Positions 12,473-21,391 of a DNA stretch of 64,000 nt are shown here, piece by piece. The notes under the pieces are model-generated. The model saw only the letters and a program-made list of their open reading frames with translations, searched no databases and was not told where the DNA came from. The position numbers and the translations under genes were made by a program. Position 1 is the stretch's first letter, and each line of letters starts with the position of its first letter. Where the stretch lies: positions 1,088,001 to 1,152,000 of the forward strand of contig OY970173.1 of NCBI GenBank assembly GCA_963707635.1, written 5' to 3'. The DNA comes from Candidatus Latescibacterota bacterium (lineage in GTDB: Bacteria; Krumholzibacteriota; Krumholzibacteriia; WVZY01; JAKEHA01).

Positions 12473-12510
12473 AAACGCCCCGGCGACCATTTCGATCGCC
12501 GGGGCGTTTT
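12473..12510. terminator. Bidirectional intrinsic terminator
   Basis: AAACGCCCCGGCGA-loop-TCGCCGGGGCGTTT inverted repeat between convergent genes. Confidence 0.85.
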
Positions 12511-12537
12511 GCGAAAGACTCGAAGCCCTGCCGGCCT

Positions 12538-13068
12538 CTACATCTTGCTCTTCATCGGCTCCTTTGACATCTCCATGGCGGCCTGGGCGAGCTTGGTGCT
12601 GACTTCCTGCACCATCGCCGCGTAGTCGTGGAGCGCCTTGACGCCATCGGGCGTGCTGGCCGACGCAACCGTGACCCAGCCCATGTCCGTCTTTCCGCCC
12701 TCGAACGAAACATCCTTGCGGCTCATCAGCGCGGTCATGCCTTTGCAGCAGTCGCACAGTTTGGCCTTCTGCTCGGCGGTCATGGTCGGGATGGACATGC
12801 AGCGGCTCTCGCATTCCATGTGCGCCTTCTCGAACGACGCCACCATCTTCTCATCCGTCGTCCCGAAGACTTCGACGTAGCCGGCCTTGGTAGGCAGGGT
12901 GTCGCAGCGCAGGGTCGGCCCCAGCGCCGGATCGGCTCCAAATGCGGAGCACACCGGACAGTTCATCGCCTTTTCCATCGCCTGCTGCGGCGTCATGTCG
13001 CTCACCGAGCCGGCGAACGCGACGGTCGCGATCATCAACGCCGCGACGGTACACAATACGCGCTTCAT
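12538..13068 (-). CDS. Secreted Cys-rich hypothetical protein
   Basis: AGGAGG RBS, signal peptide MKRVLCTVAALMIATVAFA, CPVC / CESRC / CDCC motifs. Confidence 0.8.
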   Translation of the reverse strand: MKRVLCTVAALMIATVAFAGSVSDMTPQQAMEKAMNCPVCSAFGADPALGPTLRCDTLPTKAGYVEVFGTTDEKMVASFEKAHMECESRCMSIPTMTAEQKAKLCDCCKGMTALMSRKDVSFEGGKTDMGWVTVASASTPDGVKALHDYAAMVQEVSTKLAQAAMEMSKEPMKSKM

Positions 13069-13359
13069 ACGAACCCTCCTTGAATGGTCATTGAAATCGA
13101 ACGAATGGGGACTGACTGCGAGCCTACCCATACCCTGTCGCTGCGCCGCGCGCGCGGCAGACAGCGAAAGTCAGCACTATTTTCCGCCGCCACCGGCCCG
13201 GAGTCAAGCCTGGTCCCAGGCGGACCTCAGAAATCTCCTTGCCCCTCCTAACCCCCTGTGGCAGACTCCGTTTCGAACGGCCGCAGGTGCTTCCGAGACG
13301 GCGTCCACGCCGGCTCACCCAGAAGACGAGACCATCTTGAACATCGGCAGGAGCACGTC

Positions 13360-14124
13360 ATGTCGCATCCGGTGACGATCGGAAAGCAGGGCTTTTTCGC
13401 GACGCTGCGCAAGGACAGGTGGTGGGTCGAGCCCGCGCTGGTGGCGTCCATCCTGACCGCGTTCGGCATTTACACCACCGTGTCGGCGGTGCTGCTCCAT
13501 TCCAACTTCGAAGTCGGCCCCTATCTCTCGCCGTTCTACGAGCCGCTGCTCAAGCCGAGCTGGTGGCCGTTCTCGCCCGCGATTCTCATTCTGTGGGCGC
13601 CACTCGGTTTTCGCGGCACATGCTATTACTACCGGGGCGCGTACTACAAGGCCTACTTCGCCAACCCGCCCGCGTGCGCGGTGACCGGCTATTCGAGCAA
13701 GAATTTCCGCGGCGAATCGCGGTTCCCGTTCACCATCATGCACCTGCACCGGTTCTTCCTTTTCTTCGCGCTGGCGCTGAACGTGTTCCTGTGGATCGGC
13801 GCCTTGAAGTCGTTCCGGTATGAAGGGCAGTGGGGCATTGGGCTCGGCTCGATCATCCTGACGACGAACGCGTTCCTGCTCATGATGTACAGCTTCGGAT
13901 GTCACTCGCTGCGCCACGTCGTGGGCGGCCGGCTCGACTGCTTCTCGTGCGCGAGAGGCAACAAGAGGGCGTGGGACAAGGTGTCGGTGTGGAACGCCGA
14001 TCACAAGCGCTGGGCGTGGATGAGTCTGTTCTCCGTGCTGATCGCCGACGTCTACATCCGCCTGGTGGCGTACGGAATCATTGCCGACCCCAACACCTGG
14101 GGCGCGCTTCGCGTCATTCACTGA
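13360..14124 (+). CDS. Succinate dehydrogenase membrane anchor, mycobacterial Sdh1 (Rv0249c)-like
   Basis: YLSPFYEP, FRGTCYYYRGAYYKAYFANPPACAV and GCHSLRHVVGG motifs; first gene of the sdh operon. Confidence 0.85.
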   Translation: MSHPVTIGKQGFFATLRKDRWWVEPALVASILTAFGIYTTVSAVLLHSNFEVGPYLSPFYEPLLKPSWWPFSPAILILWAPLGFRGTCYYYRGAYYKAYFANPPACAVTGYSSKNFRGESRFPFTIMHLHRFFLFFALALNVFLWIGALKSFRYEGQWGIGLGSIILTTNAFLLMMYSFGCHSLRHVVGGRLDCFSCARGNKRAWDKVSVWNADHKRWAWMSLFSVLIADVYIRLVAYGIIADPNTWGALRVIH

Positions 14125-14145
14125 CCCAACCGAGGAAACGCCCGC

Positions 14146-15870
14146 ATGTCCGACCATCAAACCCACGAGTACGACGTCATCGTGATCGGCGCCGGCGGCG
14201 CCGGTCTGCGCGCGGCCATCGAAGCGTCCGCGCAGGGGGCGAAGACGGCCCTCGTGTGCAAGTCGCTGCTCGGGAAAGCGCACACCGTGATGGCCGAGGG
14301 CGGCATGGCGGCGGCGCTCGCCAACGTCGACAAGTCCGACAACTGGCAGACGCATTTCCGCGACACCGTGCTGGGTGGAAAGTACATGGGTCACTGGCGC
14401 ATGCAGCAGCTGCACGCCCAGGAATCGCCGGAGCGGGCGCTGGAGCTCGAGCGCTGGGGCGCGGTGTTCGACCGCACACCGGAGGGCAAGATCAGCCAGC
14501 GGGCGTTTGGCGGGCACACGTACAAGCGCCTCGCCCACGTGGGCGACCGCACCGGCCTGGAGATGATCCGCACGCTCCAGGACCGCGGCGTTCACCAGGG
14601 CGTCGACGTGTTCATGGAGTGCACGGTCGTCGATCTCCTCAAGGACGGCGGGCGCGTGGTGGGGGCCTTCGCGTACTGGCGCGAGACCGGCAAGTTCGTC
14701 GTGTTCAAGGCGCGGGCGGTCATCATGGCCACCGGCGGCATCGGCAAGATGTTTCGGGTGACTTCGAATTCGTGGGAGTACACCGCGGACGGTCACGCGC
14801 TAGCGCTGCGCGCGGGCGCGGAGCTGATCGACATGGAGTTCATGCAGTTCCACCCCACCGGGATGGTGTGGCCCCCGGGGGTGAAGGGCCTGCTGGTCAC
14901 GGAGGCGGTGCGCGGCGAGGGCGGCCTCCTGACGAACACCAAGGGCGAGCGTTTCATGGAGCGCTATGACCCCAAGCGGATGGAGCTGTCGACGCGCGAC
15001 CTGGTCGCAAAAGCGATCTACACCGAGGTCAAGGAGGGGCGCGGCACCGAGCACGGCGGCGTCTGGCTCGACATTTCGCACCGGGACGCGGAATACATCA
15101 AGAAGAAGCTCCCGAGCATGTACCACCAGTTCAAGGACCTCGCGGACGTCGACATCACCAGGGCGCCGATGGAAGTGGGTCCGACGGCGCACTACGTGAT
15201 GGGCGGCATCCGCGTGGTGCCCGAGACGGCCGCCGCGACCGTTCCGGGCCTCTTCGCAGCCGGAGAGTGCTCGGGCGGCATGCACGGGGCGAATCGCCTC
15301 GGCGGCAATTCGCTCTCGGACCTGGTCGTGTTCGGCAAGCGGGCGGGGGAGGGAGCGGCGGCATTCGCACGCGAGAATCGCGGAGCCATCGGGCTCGACG
15401 AGGGAGCGATCAAGCGCGCCGAGAAGGAATTGCTGCGCCCGTTCGAGTCGAAGGCGACGCACACGCCCTACGACGTCCACTTCGCGCTGCAGGATGTCAT
15501 GCAGGACAAGGTGGGGATCATGCGCACCGGCGACGACCTCAAGCAGGCGATCGCGGACTTCCCCGGCATGGTGGAGAAACTCCGCGGGGCGCGCGTGGAG
15601 GGATCGCGCATGTACAACCCGGGCTGGCACCTGGCGTGGGACATGGTCAACATGCTCCTGATCGCCGAAGTGGTGGCGCGCGCCGCGCTCCAGCGCGAGG
15701 AGTCGCGCGGCGCCCACACCCGGCTCGATTTTCCGAAGACCGACTCCGGCGGCCCGTGGGAGAAGGTCAACAGCGTGGCCACCTGCATCGACGGAGTGGT
15801 GCGCGTCGGCACCAGCCCGAAGCCGGAGATGCCGCCCGAGCTCAAGGCCATCGTGGAGGCCAGCGCATGA
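14146..15870 (+). CDS. sdhA: Succinate dehydrogenase/fumarate reductase flavoprotein
   Basis: GAGGAG, AHTVMAEGG (covalent FAD His), QFHPTG, TEAVRGEGG, HGANRLGGNSL, REESRGAH. Confidence 0.95.
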   Translation: MSDHQTHEYDVIVIGAGGAGLRAAIEASAQGAKTALVCKSLLGKAHTVMAEGGMAAALANVDKSDNWQTHFRDTVLGGKYMGHWRMQQLHAQESPERALELERWGAVFDRTPEGKISQRAFGGHTYKRLAHVGDRTGLEMIRTLQDRGVHQGVDVFMECTVVDLLKDGGRVVGAFAYWRETGKFVVFKARAVIMATGGIGKMFRVTSNSWEYTADGHALALRAGAELIDMEFMQFHPTGMVWPPGVKGLLVTEAVRGEGGLLTNTKGERFMERYDPKRMELSTRDLVAKAIYTEVKEGRGTEHGGVWLDISHRDAEYIKKKLPSMYHQFKDLADVDITRAPMEVGPTAHYVMGGIRVVPETAAATVPGLFAAGECSGGMHGANRLGGNSLSDLVVFGKRAGEGAAAFARENRGAIGLDEGAIKRAEKELLRPFESKATHTPYDVHFALQDVMQDKVGIMRTGDDLKQAIADFPGMVEKLRGARVEGSRMYNPGWHLAWDMVNMLLIAEVVARAALQREESRGAHTRLDFPKTDSGGPWEKVNSVATCIDGVVRVGTSPKPEMPPELKAIVEASA

Positions 15871-16637
15871 GCACCTCCGCTGGAAGAGACCGCATGGAGA
15901 AGGGCAAGGAGGTCAAGTTTCGCATCCTGCGCGGGAGCGACGGCGACCTCAAGGAAGTCGAGTACGCCGTCGCGGCGGAGACCGGTTGGGTCGTGCTCGA
16001 CGCCGTGCTCAACATCCAGGCGAAACAGGCGCCGGATCTCTCCGTGCGCTGGAACTGCAAGGCGGCCAAGTGCGGCTCGTGCAGCGCCGAGGTGAACGGC
16101 AAGCCGCGCCTGATGTGCAAGACGCGCCTGGACGATCTCGACACCAGCGTGCCGGTCACGGTTCACCCCATCAAGAGCTTCCCCCACGTGAAAGACCTGG
16201 TCACGGACGTGAAGTGGAACTACGAGGTCAACAAGCGCATCACGCCCTTTACCCCGGCGCCCGGCGCGGACTTCACCTACTACCAGGAAGACGTCGACCG
16301 CGTGCAGGAGTTCCGCAAGTGCATCGAGTGCTTCCTGTGCCAGAACGTGTGCCACGTGCTGCGCAACCACGAGCAGCACGCCGCCTTCGCGGGGCCGCGC
16401 TTCTTCGTGCGCGTCGCCGGTCTCGAGATGCACCCGATGGACACGGCCGACCGGACGGCGTTCCTCGCCGAAGAGGCCGGCCTGTTCATGTGCAACATCA
16501 CCAAGTGCTGCACCCACGTCTGCCCGGAAGACATCCACATCACCGACAACGCCATCATCCCGCTCAAGGAGCGGGTGATCGACCGCCGTTACGACCCCCT
16601 GCAATGGCTGCTGCGCAAGGTGAGCGGAAGGAAGTAG
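15867..16637 (+). CDS. sdhB: Succinate dehydrogenase/fumarate reductase Fe-S subunit
   Basis: CKAAKCGSC, CIECFLCQNVC, CNITKCCTHVCP; ATGA overlap with sdhA. Confidence 0.95.
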   Translation: MSTSAGRDRMEKGKEVKFRILRGSDGDLKEVEYAVAAETGWVVLDAVLNIQAKQAPDLSVRWNCKAAKCGSCSAEVNGKPRLMCKTRLDDLDTSVPVTVHPIKSFPHVKDLVTDVKWNYEVNKRITPFTPAPGADFTYYQEDVDRVQEFRKCIECFLCQNVCHVLRNHEQHAAFAGPRFFVRVAGLEMHPMDTADRTAFLAEEAGLFMCNITKCCTHVCPEDIHITDNAIIPLKERVIDRRYDPLQWLLRKVSGRK

Positions 16638-16642
16638 CAACG

Positions 16643-16739
16643 GCGGGTCCTGTCGCCGGCAGCCCGGTGCGGCTCGCTTCGTCCGCGCCTGCGCACTAGA
16701 CTCGCTCGCCGCCCGGGCGCCCGCCGGCGCCACCCGCTC
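16643..16739 (+). repeat. 97-bp structured intergenic repeat, copy 1
   Basis: Reverse complement of 21274-21370 with 3 mismatches; nested inverted repeats. Confidence 0.9.
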
Positions 16740-16848
16740 CAGCTCCTCGGGTGGCGCGCCCCTTGCACGGTTTTCTCCACTTCGGGTCGATCGCGTCGCT
16801 TCGGATAGAAGCGACCGCGACGAGTTACAAGGCGAAACGGAGGGGCAC

Positions 16849-17694
16849 GTGGCAGTCTTGAAATGGGCGCGAGAGGAATTCCGAATCTGCGGGCATCCCA
16901 TGCCGAAGTCCGTGTTCGAGCGCTGGATAGCGGACGAGGGCAAGGTCGCGCTGCGCGACGAATTGCGCGCCACGCGGTGGAAGTGGTTCTATGGGTCGCG
17001 GCGAGCCCGGCTGCGCCTCTACCGCTCGGCGCGCACGGCGTTTCGCCCCGGCGGCACGTTTTCCGGGGCCCTCAGGAAGAAGTTGAGTCAACTTCCGCTG
17101 GTCATCCGAGCGTGCGCGGTGGAGATCCAGCAGAGCGGCTACCGGCAGCTGTGCACCTACGATTCGGCGAAATTCTTCGCGGTGGTTCCACGCGGGATCG
17201 TGCAGAACGATTTCAAGTCGTATCTTCTCAAGAAGCTGACCGAGCTGCCGCAGGTGCAGCACCTCCACGGACTCACCGAGCGCGTCATCACGGCGACCGC
17301 CGCCGAGGCCGAGGTCGTCCTCTTCAACCATCTGGAGAAGAGCAATTTCCTCGTGGATGAAAACGGCCGGGGTCTCGTGGTGGAAGTAGATCGCACGTTC
17401 GCGTGGAAAATCAACGGCGCCGACGGGCACTACTGCTACGCGTGCTCGCTCGACGAGGACACCAAGGTGGACCTGACGGGCCGGCGGGAGCGCAAAACCT
17501 TCCTGGCATCAATTGAGGAGATGGCGCGCGGGCAGAACGTCTATCTGCGGCGCCTCCGGCCCGAAGAGGTCCGGGAGGTCGTGGACGCGTTCAAGCTGCG
17601 GCGGCTCATGGGCGCCGCGCTAGACACCTCGCAGCGCAAGAGCGCGCGCCGGGACCGGTCCGCCGTGGATGCGATCACGATCGACGCCCGCTGA
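16849..17694 (+). CDS. Hypothetical protein
   Basis: GGAGGGG RBS before GTG; host-like codon usage; no recognised motif. Confidence 0.65.
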   Translation: MAVLKWAREEFRICGHPMPKSVFERWIADEGKVALRDELRATRWKWFYGSRRARLRLYRSARTAFRPGGTFSGALRKKLSQLPLVIRACAVEIQQSGYRQLCTYDSAKFFAVVPRGIVQNDFKSYLLKKLTELPQVQHLHGLTERVITATAAEAEVVLFNHLEKSNFLVDENGRGLVVEVDRTFAWKINGADGHYCYACSLDEDTKVDLTGRRERKTFLASIEEMARGQNVYLRRLRPEEVREVVDAFKLRRLMGAALDTSQRKSARRDRSAVDAITIDAR

Positions 17695-17696
17695 CG

Positions 17697-18770
17697 CTAG
17701 TTTCGGGGTCCTTTCATCACCACGGTCCGAATCGGGAACGGGATCTCGATCCCTTCGGCGGCGAAACGCCGGTGGATCGCTTTTACGAGTTCGTGTTGCA
17801 CGAGAAACTGCTCGGCGAATTCCGTACAGCGGACGATCAGGTTTAGCTCTATACTCGATTCCCCGAAGGTGTGAAAGCGCACGACCGGCTCGAACGTCTT
17901 CGCCGTTTTCTCCATCCGGGCAACGACTTCGCGCGCCACTTCGATCGCGACGCGCTCCACCTTCTCCAGGTCCGAATCGTACGCGACGCCGACCGCGAGC
18001 CGGACGGTCACGTTCGGGTCCTCCAGGGAGAAATTGGTGACGATCGCCTGCGCCAGCTTGGTATTGGGCACGATCACACGGTTGGTGTTGACCATGCGCA
18101 GGATCGTGTTTCGCCACCCGATGTCGTGCACATAGCCGTCCTGACCGGTGTCGAGGCGGATGTAGTCGCCGAGGTTGATCTGCTTGAGTGCAAGCAGCTG
18201 GATGCCCGAGAAGAAATTCGCCAGCGTGTCCTGCAGGGCCAGCGCGACCGCAATCCCGCCGACTCCCAGCGCCCCAACGATCGGCGTGATCTTGATGCCC
18301 ATGGTTTGGAAGATCACGAGCATTCCGATCAGGAACACCACGGCGTTGACGATGATCTTGGCAATGCTCACCGACGAGGGCAAAATCTTGTAGGCGTACT
18401 GCGCGGCGATGCCGCTCGCGAAACGCGCCGCCACGATGATCGAGAGCACCAGCACGGCCAGGCGCGAGCCCATCGGCACCTTGTCGTCGATGCGTTCGTA
18501 AAACGGGAGGAACGGGAGGGCGACGAACACGCCGATCAGGAAGAACACCCAGCGCGCGATGCCCTTGAGCGCGCCGATGGCGATGTCATCGAGCTTGGCC
18601 TGGGTGACGGTCGCGAGGCGGCGAATGCCGCCGATGACGAGCTTGTCGACGATCGCGCCGACCACCAACCCGGCGAGTATGATGGCTCCGGCCGTGATGA
18701 GGTCGCGCCCGGTCGCCGACAACGCCGCGAACTGGATGGTGTGAAGTGCCGGCGGCATGACAGCTACCAT
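17697..18770 (-). CDS. mscS: MscS-family mechanosensitive channel
   Basis: GALGVGGIAVALALQDTLANFFSG, IGWRNT, VPNTKL, GIEIPFP. Confidence 0.92.
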   Translation of the reverse strand: MVAVMPPALHTIQFAALSATGRDLITAGAIILAGLVVGAIVDKLVIGGIRRLATVTQAKLDDIAIGALKGIARWVFFLIGVFVALPFLPFYERIDDKVPMGSRLAVLVLSIIVAARFASGIAAQYAYKILPSSVSIAKIIVNAVVFLIGMLVIFQTMGIKITPIVGALGVGGIAVALALQDTLANFFSGIQLLALKQINLGDYIRLDTGQDGYVHDIGWRNTILRMVNTNRVIVPNTKLAQAIVTNFSLEDPNVTVRLAVGVAYDSDLEKVERVAIEVAREVVARMEKTAKTFEPVVRFHTFGESSIELNLIVRCTEFAEQFLVQHELVKAIHRRFAAEGIEIPFPIRTVVMKGPRN

Positions 18771-18806
18771 ACACGCTGCACGTGCGGGAGATCAAGCCGG
18801 GTGCGG

Positions 18807-19490
18807 TTATCGGCCCGGGTCCGGGAGCGCGACGGGAGGTCTCCCGCCCGCGGGATACCCGGCGCGCGCCTGTCTGCTCGCGATCGTTGCGGCGGCGCCT
18901 TCCACCGAAATGGAAAACTCTCCGCGCACGATGCGGCGCTTTCCGGCCGGGTCACCCGAGAGGACTTCGTCCATCGCCAGGTCGACATTGTCGAAGAAGC
19001 CGACCGCGATCTTGTCGTCGCTGTACGAAAGGCGGAAGGTCCCGCCGGTCACGGCGGTCGACTCGATCGGCTGTCCACTCGCGGGGATTTCTTCGTAGTA
19101 GACCCAGACGGCACCGGGATCCGAGGTCGCTTCGGCGATCGTGTTCACCACGCGCAACGAGAGCGGGAAGTCGTTGTGTTGCGCGAAGACCATGCGCAGC
19201 TGGTAGATACCGTCGTCGGTCTCCATCTGCGCGGCGACGTCGTAGCGCGAGAGCGAGGTGAGCAGCGCGGACACGTCAGCGTCGCTGACGCACACCTCGA
19301 GCGGCTGGGCGTTACCTTCGACCTTCAAGCCGACGCCGAAATCGCCCCCGCAAAGCGCGTCGGCCTCGGTCGGCGGGTCGTCGGCGCAGCCGGCGATGGC
19401 CGCAAGCCATGCGAGCGCGGCTGCCCGCGCCAGCACCGGGGCCCGGGGACGCCGCGAAGAGTTGGTAGTTTGCCGGGGCTGCAGTATCAT
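18807..19490 (-). CDS. Hypothetical lipoprotein
   Basis: Lipobox LAAIAGC followed by an acidic beta-rich domain; start uncertain. Confidence 0.6.
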   Translation of the reverse strand: MILQPRQTTNSSRRPRAPVLARAAALAWLAAIAGCADDPPTEADALCGGDFGVGLKVEGNAQPLEVCVSDADVSALLTSLSRYDVAAQMETDDGIYQLRMVFAQHNDFPLSLRVVNTIAEATSDPGAVWVYYEEIPASGQPIESTAVTGGTFRLSYSDDKIAVGFFDNVDLAMDEVLSGDPAGKRRIVRGEFSISVEGAAATIASRQARAGYPAGGRPPVALPDPGR

Positions 19491-19582
19491 TGTCGAAAGA
19501 TAGGCGCGAGAGGTGCGCCCGCGCAAGGCGCCTTCCGCACCGGCGTGCCTCCTACTATAATGGAATGGAGAGAGAGACCAGC

Positions 19583-20098
19583 GTGCCACGACTTCTACTC
19601 ATCTGCCTGGTGTTCGTGCTGATCGCCGGCTGCGGTTCGCGGCAAGAACCGCCGGCGGAGCACTCCACCGCGTTCACGCCGATCGTGTCGCGCGAGGCCG
19701 GGATTCGCTTCGTACCGCCCGTCAAGTGGAGCAGAGATCGCGTGGTGGTTACCGAGCTCCGGGCGGACAGCGCTGCGACGGAACTCGCCGGCGCGCTGCA
19801 TGGTGTTTCGTTCGACTACAAGGCGGAACAGCCCGGGCACCGCAACCAGTCGCTGCTCCGCATTCTCGTTATCGATCGAACCCGCTGGGCGGCGCACCTC
19901 GCCGAAGGCGGGCCGCCCGCGGGCGAGTCGATCGCGTCGGTCGGCGACTGGGTGTACGTCGCCATGCTGCCGGCGTCGAACCCGTACCGCGCCGAGACGC
20001 TGGACGCGGACCAGTTCGACGACATGAACCTTTCGCTCGACGAGGTGCGCGAGGCGTTCGCCGTCGAGGGCAACGGGCCCAGCCTGGCGAAACGGTGA
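19583..20098 (+). CDS. Hypothetical lipoprotein
   Basis: GTG start, LLLICLVFVLIAGC lipobox, TATAAT at 19556-19561 upstream. Confidence 0.7.
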   Translation: MPRLLLICLVFVLIAGCGSRQEPPAEHSTAFTPIVSREAGIRFVPPVKWSRDRVVVTELRADSAATELAGALHGVSFDYKAEQPGHRNQSLLRILVIDRTRWAAHLAEGGPPAGESIASVGDWVYVAMLPASNPYRAETLDADQFDDMNLSLDEVREAFAVEGNGPSLAKR

Positions 20099-20101
20099 GC
20101 G

Positions 20102-20845
20102 GTGGCGCGGCATCGCATCCTGGGCGCGGGCGTGCTCGTGACCGGCGTGGTCGGGCTGGGGATGGGAACGCTCGCGTGCGCGGACACCGGACAGGAGCGG
20201 GATGACATGACCGAGAAGCGCGAGCACATGGTCACCGAGCAGATCGAGCGCCGCGGGGTAACGGACGCGCGCGTGCTCGGCGCGCTGCGCGCGGTCAAGC
20301 GGCACCTGTTCGTGCCGGACGCAGAGCGCGAGGACGCGTACGAGGACCACCCGCTCGCCATCGGGCACGGGCAGACGATTTCGCAGCCGTACATCGTGGC
20401 CCTCATGACCGACGCGGCTCACCTGAAGCCCACTGACCGCGTGCTCGAGATCGGGACCGGATCGGGCTACCAGGCGGCGGTGCTGTCGCTGCTCGCGAAG
20501 GACGTCTACACCATCGAAATCGTCGAGCCGCTTGGGCTCACCGCGCAGCGGCGGCTCGAGGAGCTGGGCTACACGAACGTCCACGTGCGCATCGGCGACG
20601 GTTACAGAGGCTGGCCCGAGCACGCGCCCTTCGACGCCATCGTCGTCACCGCCGCGCCGCCGGAGATTCCGCAAGCCCTCGTCGACCAGCTGGCCGAGGG
20701 TGGGCGCATGGTCGTCCCGGTGGGGACGTCGTACCAGGAGCTGTTGTTGATCGAGAAGAAGAACGGCAAGACATCGAAGCGCGTCATCACGACGGTTCGC
20801 TTCGTGCCGATGGTGAAGGGGAAACCGGAAGGGAAAAAGGAGTAG
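20102..20845 (+). CDS. pcm: Protein-L-isoaspartate O-methyltransferase
   Basis: GQTISQPYIVA, VLEIGTGSGYQAA, GDGYRGWPEHAPFDAI, VRFVPM; hydrophobic N-terminus. Confidence 0.95.
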   Translation: MARHRILGAGVLVTGVVGLGMGTLACADTGQERDDMTEKREHMVTEQIERRGVTDARVLGALRAVKRHLFVPDAEREDAYEDHPLAIGHGQTISQPYIVALMTDAAHLKPTDRVLEIGTGSGYQAAVLSLLAKDVYTIEIVEPLGLTAQRRLEELGYTNVHVRIGDGYRGWPEHAPFDAIVVTAAPPEIPQALVDQLAEGGRMVVPVGTSYQELLLIEKKNGKTSKRVITTVRFVPMVKGKPEGKKE

Positions 20846-20851
20846 TTCGCG

Positions 20852-21220
20852 CTAGCCTGCCGCCTTCGACTCCCCCCACCGCACCGTGACCACGGTGTGA
20901 ATCCCTCCGCGCACGAAGAAATCCCCCACGACCTCAACGAAACGCGGCTTCGTCGCTGCGACGATGTCGTCGAGAATCTTGTTGCTCACCGCCTCGTGAA
21001 ACGCGCCCTCGTTCCGATAGGACCACAGATAGAGCTTCAGCGACTTGAGCTCCACGCAGAGTTTATCCGGCACATACCGGATGCGCATGGTGGCAAAGTC
21101 CGGCTGGCCTGTCCGCGGGCACAGACAGGTGAATTCGGGACACTCGAACGAAATGAGATAGTCCCGGTCCGGCTTCGGGTTGTCGAAGACCTCGAGTTGT
21201 CGCGATGGCTGGCTGGACAT
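20852..21220 (-). CDS. queF: preQ0 reductase (type I)
   Basis: [39 protein letters not shown]. Confidence 0.95.
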   Translation of the reverse strand: MSSQPSRQLEVFDNPKPDRDYLISFECPEFTCLCPRTGQPDFATMRIRYVPDKLCVELKSLKLYLWSYRNEGAFHEAVSNKILDDIVAATKPRFVEVVGDFFVRGGIHTVVTVRWGESKAAG

Positions 21221-21273
21221 GCGCCAGATTCTACACGGGAACCATGCGCGGGACAACGGGCGTGGTCAGGCAC

Positions 21274-21370
21274 GAGCGGGTGGCGCCGACGGGCGCCCGG
21301 GCGGCGAGCGAGTCTAGTGCGTAGGCGCGGACGAAGCGAGCCGCACCGGGCTGTCGGCGACAGGACCCGC
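21274..21370 (-). repeat. 97-bp structured intergenic repeat, copy 2
   Basis: Reverse complement of 16643-16739 with 3 mismatches. Confidence 0.9.
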
Positions 21371-21391
21371 GTGCTCCAGGCGGGCGCGAGG

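Noticed and set aside
16643..21370. Composite transposon or invertible segment bounded by the inverted 97-bp copies
   Set aside because: No transposase or invertase lies inside and the enclosed genes are ordinary. Orientation simply follows the upstream genes.
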